Origin: a virus | Taxonomy: Duplodnaviria; Caudoviricetes | IMG/VR virus record: IMGVR_UViG_3300043414_000372 | Span: 1 to 64,000 of that record | Strand: one strand, 5' to 3' | Length of the DNA stretch: 64,000 bases | Shown: positions 47,335 to 64,000 of the stretch, one piece after another | Numbering within the stretch: position 1 is the first letter of the stretch | How the letters are laid out: each line of letters opens with the position of its first letter | The notes under the pieces: model-generated | What the model saw: the letters and a program-made list of their open reading frames with translations, nothing else | Told to the model about the DNA's origin: nothing | Database searches by the model: none | Position numbers and translations under genes: made by a program

Positions 47335-47335
47335 T

Positions 47336-48952
47336 TTATCCTTTAACTAGAATGTTTGTTGATGTTAAAGCCAGTCCAGCATACGGTTGTGAACTTGCTG
47401 AAGATGATAGTGTGCCATCTGGAGCAACATAGTATTTAAGACCCGGTGTTAGACTAGATTGTGAATTGTTCGTGCCGCTTACAACATTTATGGTAGCGGT
47501 TTGACCATTTGTATACGCTGCACTAGAAAACCCAAGAAAATTACTAGTGGACAAAGTTCCAGCGTATGCGTTATATCCAACTACAGAAGGATAAAAACTT
47601 CCAGTAGTATTAAGCCCTGCTATAATTATTAAATATAAATTATCAGCAATACAACCTTGAATGCCTTGTCCTGAGATATTAGGCACTATAGATGCATAGT
47701 CTGTTGATGTAAAGGTTGTTCCAGAAATAGATGTTATTACTACAGGAATAGCGCCACAGATAAAAATAATTTTCCCAGAAGCCGAATAATAAAAACCAGT
47801 ATACCCTTGATAACTTGCGTTTCTAGATACGTTTAATGTTGCTGGAGTTCCAAAAGTAATTGTAGACCCCGAAATTGAACCAACAGCAGCATACACTAAA
47901 GACCCCGCCGCTGAACACCAACAAGCCATGACTTTCTGGTCGACAGGAGAGTACGCTAATCCAAATCCATATCTATAACTAGTACCAGACGATGATTGCA
48001 AAACAACTTCTGACCCAACGAAAGTTAACGTTGTTCCCGATAATGTACCTATTCTTACTGTTGGATAATAAGAACTATTAAAACTACCAACAATAAATTT
48101 ATTATTAACAGTATCTTTTGTAATTGCAGTCCACATTGTTTGACCCGTACCATTTATGGCGGTTGTTGTACTTCCTATAGATATAGAAGAAGTTGTAACC
48201 GTAAGAACGGTTGCAGTAGTAGCACTAACACTTGTGTCACACGTAACCCATATTACTTTTTGACTTGCAGAATCATAATAAAGTGATTGTCCATAATTAT
48301 TAGTACTTGTAGTTGATACAGCACCTTGCGCGCCGGCTGTTATGCCTGTGCCAGATGTATAAGCGCATATAACATAAGGATAACTATCAGAATTTTGACT
48401 AAAAGCAAACATATGCTGAGAAATGTGCGATATGAATGTTGCTCCTGTTCCTGTTCCTGAACCTAAACTTACATTATTTGAATAAATTACTACAGGAGTA
48501 CCAAATGTAATACTGTTTGAGGTAACAATACCAGCCGCAGCCATTAAATACAAGGTAGTAGGCTGCATATACCAAACTACAACAGTATTTTTAACCGGGT
48601 CATAAGAAGCATTTATAAAAGAAACATATCCGTTAGCCGCCGATGTTGTTGACGCATAGGTGAGACCAACGCCTACGGTAGCCGCAGATGATGTGATGGC
48701 AGGTACGCTCACCGTACCATCGCTATTCAAGATAACAGTCGCACCATTTCCCAATGTGCCTGATGCCACAGCGGTGACAGTTCCTGCTGATGCACCAGTA
48801 GCGCCTGCAGGACCTGTAGCGCCAGTTGTACCGTTTGACCCAGTAGCGCCAGTTGCACCACTTGGTCCAGTAGCACCAGTCGCTCCCTGATCACCAAGAC
48901 TTGCTGGATCCCATGTGCTTGTGTTTGTGTTATAATATTTTAGTACGGACAT
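47336..48952 (-). CDS. Tail fibre/receptor-binding protein sharing the N-terminus of the 948-aa protein
   Basis: First 33 aa identical ([33 protein letters not shown]), then divergent beta-repeat body. Confidence 0.7.
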   Translation of the reverse strand: MSVLKYYNTNTSTWDPASLGDQGATGATGPSGATGATGSNGTTGATGPAGATGASAGTVTAVASGTLGNGATVILNSDGTVSVPAITSSAATVGVGLTYASTTSAANGYVSFINASYDPVKNTVVVWYMQPTTLYLMAAAGIVTSNSITFGTPVVIYSNNVSLGSGTGTGATFISHISQHMFAFSQNSDSYPYVICAYTSGTGITAGAQGAVSTTSTNNYGQSLYYDSASQKVIWVTCDTSVSATTATVLTVTTSSISIGSTTTAINGTGQTMWTAITKDTVNNKFIVGSFNSSYYPTVRIGTLSGTTLTFVGSEVVLQSSSGTSYRYGFGLAYSPVDQKVMACWCSAAGSLVYAAVGSISGSTITFGTPATLNVSRNASYQGYTGFYYSASGKIIFICGAIPVVITSISGTTFTSTDYASIVPNISGQGIQGCIADNLYLIIIAGLNTTGSFYPSVVGYNAYAGTLSTSNFLGFSSAAYTNGQTATINVVSGTNNSQSSLTPGLKYYVAPDGTLSSSASSQPYAGLALTSTNILVKG

Positions 48953-48957
48953 TTATT
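48855..48957. repeat. 103-bp direct repeat, copy 2
   Basis: Matches 47006-47108. Confidence 0.92.
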
Positions 48958-48969
48958 AATCTACTCTAT

Positions 48970-57546
<8,577 letters not shown>

Positions 57547-57599
57547 GTTAGTGTTACCTATTTATAATGTATTTATCGTTATTTAAGAAACGGTGACCC

Positions 57600-57630
57600 A
57601 AAAAAATACCCGACTACTGCCGGGTATTTT
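57600..57630 (-). terminator. Intrinsic terminator
   Basis: AAAATACCCG...CGGGTATTTT 10-bp stem followed by a U-tract on the minus strand. Confidence 0.8.
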
Positions 57631-57644
57631 AAATTACGATTCTA

Positions 57645-60506
57645 TTATAGACCGCTTAATTTTCTATAGTCTTTTAACAAATCATTAGACTCTTTCATTG
57701 GGCTACCTAAACCATCAACGCCCATACGACTCTTTTGACCATTAATAACTGGGATAGTTGTTTGACCAGTAGATTTTTGTTTATTCAATCCACCACTGAT
57801 AACTTTAGTCATAAAGTCAATGTCAGCTTCAAAAGTATCATCTGCGCTATTAGCGTATGATTCATCTACTTTTTTGTCTTTCTTGTATTTCTCGTCTTTC
57901 TTGTCATCATACTCTATGTCTTTAGTAACTTTCTTTCCTGCTTTTTCTGCTTTGTTGTCGTCTTTGCCTTTATGACCTTCATCATATTCAATATCGTTAG
58001 CAACTTTTTTACCTGCTTTTTCTGCTTTCTCATCTTTCTTTTCAGTTGATTCTTCTGAAAGCATTGATATTTTTCTGAAAAGATTAAAGAAACTTGATTC
58101 TGACATTGTTTCACATTTGCAAGGATTGCAATCACATTTTTTACAAGTGCCTTCATCTAATTCTTCTTTGCCGGCTTCTTCACCTGTAGTATCTTCTTTG
58201 CCTTCAGACGGGCTTGAATATGTTTCACCTTCTTCTTCATCTGCACCTGCATCTGCTGTTGCTAATGCTGAGTTAGCCGCATCATTGCCTTGTGTAGCAT
58301 TAGTAGAGTTAGCTGAACCATTATCAGGAGGATTATCTTCAGCTACATTGTAAGCCATTTGATCTTCTGATTCTACTTCATCAACAACTTGTTGATCACC
58401 GGATGGCTCACATCCACATTCCATCATTCCGCATTCATTGCAAGGTTCTTCACCTTCATGTGAATGACCTTCTTCACCGTGACCTTCTTCGCTTTCATAA
58501 TCACCACCACTTGGCATATCACCGCCGCCTGACAGTTTTCTCATCAATGCCATCATACCGTCATGGTCATCAACTACTTCAATTCCACCAGGAGCTTGTG
58601 TTGAGCCTTGTGGTGCGCCATAACCGTTTTGTTCGTCGCCGCCAAACAAGCCCATGCCTGCTGATTTGATGATAGATAATAATTGATCTGCTTCACCATC
58701 TTGTGCTGATACACTTACTGAATCAGGAGATCCTTGTTGACCTTTGCTGATAGAAACAGTCATACCTTCAGTAACGTCTTTACCTTCAAGTAAAGCATTT
58801 AATTGCTTGTCTAATGCTTCAAACGCAAATTCTTCTAAACGTGAATCGTAGTTTGAGTTATCAGTAAATGAACTTCCACCTACTTTAAATTTACCACCAT
58901 GTGGTGTCTTAGCAAGACCAGCAGTGAAAGCATTGCCTTCGTCCATCTCATCATGTGCGCCATAGCTAGCCATTGTGCCTACTTCAGGAGATACTTCATC
59001 AACTGCTGTGCGACCTAGTATTGGCATTTGACCATAGCACTCGTCTAGACCTTCTTTGAAGCCATCATGGTAGCAACGTGCTTCTTCCATATCATCGTGT
59101 GTACAATTGTATGGCATTTTTCTTAATGCGTGACTCTTACCTTCAAGTCTTGCTGCTTGTAAATGATGTTCCATACCTTCTTTCACTTTCTTTTTCTCAT
59201 CTTTTTTAGCAAAAGGATTTACACCTTTCTTAGGTGCTTCACCTTTCTTCTTTAAATCATTTTTACCTTTACCATCTTCAGCATAGTCAGGGATGTTGTT
59301 GTTATTTTCATCTGGCTTTTTCTTAGTATCTTTCTTAGCAAAAGGATTAACACCCTTCTTGCTTTCTAATACACCGCGATTAGCAGTACTTAGTGGGCTT
59401 GATTGAGCAAAGTGTTGTGGTGCTTCTGCTTCCTTCACTCCGTGTTGGGCAATGTTGGTTGGTTCTTCCACCGCGTGTTTTGCCATTTTTAATAATGGAT
59501 GATTACTGTCATATTTTAATTGTTGCCTTTTACCATTGATATCAATATCTAAATTACCAAAATAATCGTCATACTCAGCAGTACCTATTTCTTTGCCGTT
59601 TTTTAATACTTTGAATGTACTAACATTCATCGTGCTCCAACCTTCTGGATCATCTTGTTCTTCACTGGATATTAATTCTAATGTGTAAGGAGATTCACCT
59701 TGAGATTCATGCATCTTGCTTAATGTTTTAGCAAGTTGTGCTTGCTTTTCTGTCTTAGCAGGATAATCTTCTTTATGTGCTAACACCTTTGCTCTAAACT
59801 GAGCAGGAGTCATATCATGTGATTTTGCTTTTGCAGTGAATGCACCTTTATTTTTTGTAGCATCTTTGATCCAATTATCGCCTGTTTCTTTCATTGGTGC
59901 AACTTGTGAGCCTGCACCTGCAGCAGGTGCAGCACCCGGAGCTGGTTGACCAGTTGGAGCAGCGCCTGGCTTTTGCATTGACATTGTACCATTCTTAGCT
60001 GCTTGAACTACTGCTGGATCTTGTGTAGTGATTGCTGGCATTGAAGGATTAGCAGGATCTTTAATCATAAAAGATGGCTTTGTTGCCATTTGCTGTTGTT
60101 GCTTTTGTTGTGGTGTAGCTGGCATTGGCTGTACTGCTAAACCTGCTTCACTTAACGCTTCATCCATTTGGTCAAAGTATTCTTTAAGACTATGCTTAAC
60201 ACTAGGCTTGCCACTTGGTTTAGGTGCTTTACCTATTCCCATTGCTTTGTTTAATGCTGTGCTATCATACTCTTTTGCTTTGTCAGGATTTGGTGGACGA
60301 CCTTTGCCACGCTTTGGCTCATTTTGAGCACCAAGTTTTCCTAGACTCATACGACCAACTGGCTTACCATACTGGTCTTTAACATCTTCTGAACCGTGTT
60401 TGTTTCCATATCCACCTGGCTCTGATTTATGAACTGTACCTTTATCAGTAGTGGTTGTTGCTTCTGATAATTGGTCGAATGATTTTAATATATCTCTGAT
60501 ATCCAT
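57645..60506 (-). CDS. Large acidic low-complexity protein, putative prohead core/internal protein
   Basis: More than 15 (L/V/M)xE linkers, charged repeats, Cys clusters. Confidence 0.55.
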   Translation of the reverse strand: MDIRDILKSFDQLSEATTTTDKGTVHKSEPGGYGNKHGSEDVKDQYGKPVGRMSLGKLGAQNEPKRGKGRPPNPDKAKEYDSTALNKAMGIGKAPKPSGKPSVKHSLKEYFDQMDEALSEAGLAVQPMPATPQQKQQQQMATKPSFMIKDPANPSMPAITTQDPAVVQAAKNGTMSMQKPGAAPTGQPAPGAAPAAGAGSQVAPMKETGDNWIKDATKNKGAFTAKAKSHDMTPAQFRAKVLAHKEDYPAKTEKQAQLAKTLSKMHESQGESPYTLELISSEEQDDPEGWSTMNVSTFKVLKNGKEIGTAEYDDYFGNLDIDINGKRQQLKYDSNHPLLKMAKHAVEEPTNIAQHGVKEAEAPQHFAQSSPLSTANRGVLESKKGVNPFAKKDTKKKPDENNNNIPDYAEDGKGKNDLKKKGEAPKKGVNPFAKKDEKKKVKEGMEHHLQAARLEGKSHALRKMPYNCTHDDMEEARCYHDGFKEGLDECYGQMPILGRTAVDEVSPEVGTMASYGAHDEMDEGNAFTAGLAKTPHGGKFKVGGSSFTDNSNYDSRLEEFAFEALDKQLNALLEGKDVTEGMTVSISKGQQGSPDSVSVSAQDGEADQLLSIIKSAGMGLFGGDEQNGYGAPQGSTQAPGGIEVVDDHDGMMALMRKLSGGGDMPSGGDYESEEGHGEEGHSHEGEEPCNECGMMECGCEPSGDQQVVDEVESEDQMAYNVAEDNPPDNGSANSTNATQGNDAANSALATADAGADEEEGETYSSPSEGKEDTTGEEAGKEELDEGTCKKCDCNPCKCETMSESSFFNLFRKISMLSEESTEKKDEKAEKAGKKVANDIEYDEGHKGKDDNKAEKAGKKVTKDIEYDDKKDEKYKKDKKVDESYANSADDTFEADIDFMTKVISGGLNKQKSTGQTTIPVINGQKSRMGVDGLGSPMKESNDLLKDYRKLSGL

Positions 60507-60516
60507 TTTCTTTTCC

Positions 60517-61146
60517 TTAACGGTTATATGCTGCGCCAGTCTTTGGCTTAGGTGGCATCTTTATAGTACTCATTGGGCTCTTATCACCCAACTTCTTATC
60601 ATCTAAATATGGCTTGAACGGATCAAACGCATCTTTTGTTCTTGTTCCTGCATATGGAATATCAATCTTAGACGCTTTGGCTTGGTCTTTGATTGACTGT
60701 AAATATGAATCGCCATATGCTTTACTTGCTTCTTTGGCACCAGGTTGCTCACTCATTTCTTCTTTGTCAAGTAATGGACTATTTTTCATTTCATTCTCAT
60801 AGCCAGCCATTTCACTATCAATGCTATCATCAAAATGAGTTGCTATCATTCTGACCATGTTAACGTTGTAACCTAATAGTTGAGCAAGTTGTTGTACCAT
60901 TGGTTCTGTAGCTGGGTATCTAAACTCAACTTTGATCAATGTAACACTTTCATTCTCTAAATTAGGAAATCCGTATGGTGTTTTTTGTATCGGTGTGCTT
61001 TTAGGCTCACTGATTTCCACTGGGTCAAACTTGTTTAGATTGTACTTAAACATATCTATAAAGTCTTTATCAATGGTGCCGGCAATTTTGATAGTGTACT
61101 TGTAAGTCTTTACACTTTCCATAATATGTTGTTTAAGGCTACGCAT
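60517..61146 (-). CDS. Hypothetical late protein
   Basis: Start re-set to MRSLKQHIME after TAAATA (61167-61172) and AGGA SD. Confidence 0.7.
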   Translation of the reverse strand: MRSLKQHIMESVKTYKYTIKIAGTIDKDFIDMFKYNLNKFDPVEISEPKSTPIQKTPYGFPNLENESVTLIKVEFRYPATEPMVQQLAQLLGYNVNMVRMIATHFDDSIDSEMAGYENEMKNSPLLDKEEMSEQPGAKEASKAYGDSYLQSIKDQAKASKIDIPYAGTRTKDAFDPFKPYLDDKKLGDKSPMSTIKMPPKPKTGAAYNR

Positions 61147-61177
61147 TTTTTTATTCCTGTATATATTATTTATCTTT

Positions 61178-61654
61178 TTAGTCGGATTTCGCTGCCAACA
61201 TCTTAAGTAACTCGTTTCTGTCAAGTTCTCTACCCTCACCCAACGGGGTAGCCTCAATCTCTTTGTCTCTACTTGCTTCTTTTTGATCCAATTGTGCTTT
61301 TTTTAGTTGCAAATCAATCATTTTTAACTTCTTATTTAGTTTAGCAGTCTTTGCTGTAATAGCATGACCTAGCATAGTTCCAGCAACATTGAATATCTCA
61401 CTAGCATATCTACTATCAACTTGCATACCCAAGTCCATTAAGTCTTTGTAGCTATCTTGTGCTAATGTAGCAAGACTATCCATCTCGTCATCGGCAGCTT
61501 CTAATCCACGTACTTGGGGTAATGCTTGTTCTATTTTTGATAGACTATCTAATGCTTCTGTGGTGATTTCTTGTGCGTTCTCTGGCGTCGGTTTTGCCAA
61601 AGTGTCTATTTCATTTTGGGGAAGTTCAAAAAGTTCTTCTAGCTTTTTTGTCAT
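61178..61654 (-). CDS. Helical late protein, possibly terminase small subunit-like
   Basis: Coiled-coil helical pattern; next to the head-completion gene; ATG 5 nt after TAAATA. Function is a guess. Confidence 0.35.
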   Translation of the reverse strand: MTKKLEELFELPQNEIDTLAKPTPENAQEITTEALDSLSKIEQALPQVRGLEAADDEMDSLATLAQDSYKDLMDLGMQVDSRYASEIFNVAGTMLGHAITAKTAKLNKKLKMIDLQLKKAQLDQKEASRDKEIEATPLGEGRELDRNELLKMLAAKSD

Positions 61655-61666
61655 AAAAGTATTTAG

Positions 61667-62104
61667 TTACTTTCGTGACCCGTTTCTAAAAAGGTCATCT
61701 TCAGTTATGACTCTAAAAGCAAAACCTTGCATTTTACAATATGCTGTAGCAGCAGCCCATTTCGCATGATTTACTGCAACCACTGCTCTATCTCTTGCAC
61801 TTGCTGCACGGCTTTCTATAAGACTTTGTTTTTTAGGTTTAATCTCTACAACTTCAGCAATTGCTTTCCCAAACTTGTTTTGATAAACAACAAAGAAGTC
61901 TGGAATATAGTTATGCACTTTACCATCCAATGGACTACGATATGGTATAATTAATGATTCACTAGCCCAATGTGTTACATTTTTGTGTGTATCACAAAAG
62001 GTCATGAATGTTAATTCCCAGCCTGATCTATATTTAGGCTTATGTTTACCTACATATTTTTGTGGGTTTTTAACAGTATATATACCTTGAGCCCAGTTAG
62101 CCAT
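61667..62104 (-). CDS. Head completion nuclease (T4 gp4 / TnsA-N-like)
   Basis: YRSGWE..FM..CD, WASE...IPY, YIPDF, EIKP PD-(D/E)xK motif. Confidence 0.85.
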   Translation of the reverse strand: MANWAQGIYTVKNPQKYVGKHKPKYRSGWELTFMTFCDTHKNVTHWASESLIIPYRSPLDGKVHNYIPDFFVVYQNKFGKAIAEVVEIKPKKQSLIESRAASARDRAVVAVNHAKWAAATAYCKMQGFAFRVITEDDLFRNGSRK

Positions 62105-62106
62105 AT

Positions 62107-62466
62107 TTATTGTACGATGTTACGTGCCACAGGTTGATTTGATCTCGGAATAATAGATATACCATACAATGTTGTTTTACTTTTGAAACTGTTAAGATAA
62201 TAAGCAAGAGTTTGATTTATTTCCATCTTTTTCTTGCCTTTAAGTTGATCCAACAAATCTAATGCAGGGATTCCTGTTTCTTGTGCTATTCTAAAAAAAA
62301 CAGCAGTGAAGTTATCCGCAATATTGACAGTATCACAGATAGATACAAAATATGAATGAACTATATCATACTCAGCACCATTAATTATAGTGTTGAATGA
62401 ATAAAAAGAATCAAAAATTCTAACTGTTTGATCCAAAGATGTACGGTTATCTAAAATTTGTGGCAT
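62107..62466 (-). CDS. Hypothetical protein
   Basis: Tiled in the structural operon. Confidence 0.7.
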   Translation of the reverse strand: MPQILDNRTSLDQTVRIFDSFYSFNTIINGAEYDIVHSYFVSICDTVNIADNFTAVFFRIAQETGIPALDLLDQLKGKKKMEINQTLAYYLNSFKSKTTLYGISIIPRSNQPVARNIVQ

Positions 62467-62479
62467 TATTTAACTTTCT

Positions 62480-63700
62480 TTATCTTCCACGGGGACCGGA
62501 TGGTCCGTTTGGAAGTTGTTGTCCGGGATAAGGATTAGTACCAACCGAAGCAGGAGATGCTGTACCTGCATTAGGTACAGTTGATCCTTGTGCGCTATAT
62601 CCTGACCCACCTGAGCCGCCAAACACAGGAATTGAAGTAATTATATTTCTGTTTGGTGTTTGCCCTACATAATTTATTGCAGCATTTGTGACTTCAGTAG
62701 TTGCTAGTTTAGATAGATTAACATTTTTAAATGTGTTATATGTAGTTCCGGCTGCCTGAACAGCACCTAATATATTTCCATTAGACAACGCACTAATTGC
62801 TCCCCCTACACCATCAACTAATCCACCTTGACCTAATATATTTTTATTGGCGCCTGGTCTAGCTATGGGACTTAATGTTCTGTCATAATTGGCATCTGAT
62901 CCAAATCCAGTGACAATGTTATCAGGAGATTTGCCATCAACCGCGCCTTCATTATAAACTACGGTTTCATAATCTAATGTCATTTGCATTTCCATAGTTC
63001 CGTTGCCTTGATTATAATCATATGTATCATGGCTACATCTAGTTATCAATGGATTTACCAAAGTATAAGCAGCAAAATTATGTTGATTAAATCCAAATAT
63101 AGTTATATTTTTAAAGAAAGGTATTTTCTGCCCAGTTGGATTAGCTGTTTCTCCAACATACCCCCAATCATCATTGCCAGTTATTGAAGGCTGATATTGT
63201 GTACGTGAGTTATAGGTAGCATCACTAGCAGTAGATACGCCGCCGCCAGCGTTCGCTTGTGCTGCTGGGTTTCCACCTCTTGCTCCTGCAAATTCTACTT
63301 TAGGTTTTCTACCATCTGCATAATAATAATTGTAATATGCTTTCCACATTGATCTAATAGCATTGCCATTGTCATCATGGAAAGTAATATCTACATTATC
63401 ATATTTGATTTTTGTTTGTACAAGACGCTTACGATTATATTGATTTAATTCAACAGTATTAAATGTATAACTAGGTAGTTTTACTGTTTTTACCATTAAG
63501 CCATAATTAAAAGAACTTGCTCCTGGATATGCCTCTGGATTTATATCAAAATATACGTGAAACAGATATTTAAACTTAGGTGCGTTTTGATATGCGTTGG
63601 GTCTAAATGTCTTACTAGCATGAGTGTAATCACGTAGGAAATCGCTGCCGAAAAATGTTCCGGCAGCGCCCTGTAGTAAGTCTTGAAAAAATCCAGCCAT
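62480..63700 (-). CDS. Tail tube-like / tube initiator protein (gp19/gp48/gp54 fold)
   Basis: VKTVKLPSY, NQYNRKR, YDNVDITFHDD, MTLDYE. Confidence 0.7.
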   Translation of the reverse strand: MAGFFQDLLQGAAGTFFGSDFLRDYTHASKTFRPNAYQNAPKFKYLFHVYFDINPEAYPGASSFNYGLMVKTVKLPSYTFNTVELNQYNRKRLVQTKIKYDNVDITFHDDNGNAIRSMWKAYYNYYYADGRKPKVEFAGARGGNPAAQANAGGGVSTASDATYNSRTQYQPSITGNDDWGYVGETANPTGQKIPFFKNITIFGFNQHNFAAYTLVNPLITRCSHDTYDYNQGNGTMEMQMTLDYETVVYNEGAVDGKSPDNIVTGFGSDANYDRTLSPIARPGANKNILGQGGLVDGVGGAISALSNGNILGAVQAAGTTYNTFKNVNLSKLATTEVTNAAINYVGQTPNRNIITSIPVFGGSGGSGYSAQGSTVPNAGTASPASVGTNPYPGQQLPNGPSGPRGR

Positions 63701-63729
63701 AGCTTAGATTTTGTTAAATGTAGTTCTTA

Positions 63730-63999
63730 TTATAAAGAACCACCGATACCAGTAGCAATTGAACCAGCTGTTCTACCGATAGTAGCACCAACACCAGAAC
63801 CAATTGGAGATTGAATTGCGTTATCATAACGTAATGTTAATGCAATCGTTACTGCTTCGTTAGTTGCATAATTCAAGGTATTATAGTTAGCTGATTGTAA
63901 GAAGCATCCATATAGTTCCCATGTCTCTAAAACTATAGGAGCATTTGTACCGTTACCACCGTCTAAAATTTCAATATTAGTTTGAAACTTATAGTCTTG
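63730..63999 (-). CDS. Tail tube protein C-terminus, truncated by the window edge (not in ORF track)
   Basis: Hand translation QDYKFQTNIEILDGGNG...ETWELYGCFL...TLRYDNA...GSL*. Confidence 0.8.
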   Translation of the reverse strand, partial: QDYKFQTNIEILDGGNGTNAPIVLETWELYGCFLQSANYNTLNYATNEAVTIALTLRYDNAIQSPIGSGVGATIGRTAGSIATGIGGSL

Positions 64000-64000
64000 A

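Noticed and set aside
47006-48957. Diversity-generating retroelement TR/VR pair
   Set aside because: The repeats are at gene 5' ends, the two mismatches go in opposite A/G directions, and no reverse transcriptase is seen.

Overview
AT-rich segment of a large, apparently lytic T4-like/jumbo myovirus genome; almost all genes lie on the minus strand. From left to right: (1) a 7-deazaguanine DNA-modification cluster (folE, queD, queE, a QueD-paralogue with the DpdL-type LxxxHRHxF motif, and a TGT-fold DpdA; no queC seen). It is interleaved with an NDP-sugar epimerase, two GT-B glycosyltransferases, a cytidylyltransferase, a kinase/HxGH fusion, a 2OG-Fe(II) oxygenase and a free-standing GIY-YIG endonuclease. 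(2) A replication core: sliding clamp, family B polymerase, DsbA-like protein, clamp loader and a stand-alone DnaE fragment. (3) A block of late, mosaic proteins with T4 capsid-targeting-like N-termini and (L/I/V/M)xE linkers, including a Pol-beta nucleotidyltransferase/permuted papain/Zn-deaminase fusion. (4) Host-like genes tilS, dps, clpA, dnaJ-like, groES and phoH. (5) A tail module with two adhesins sharing a 103-bp identical 5' end and a 2858-aa protein with about 1450 collagen-like G-X-T residues, followed by head-completion and tail-tube genes. Regulatory signals read by eye include recurring TAAATA late promoters, sigma70 promoters with dyads around the -10 box, many apparently leaderless starts, and a duplicated hairpin/pseudoknot element around the homing endonuclease upstream of queD. 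No tRNA or CRISPR array was seen. All family assignments come from motif recognition, not database searches.
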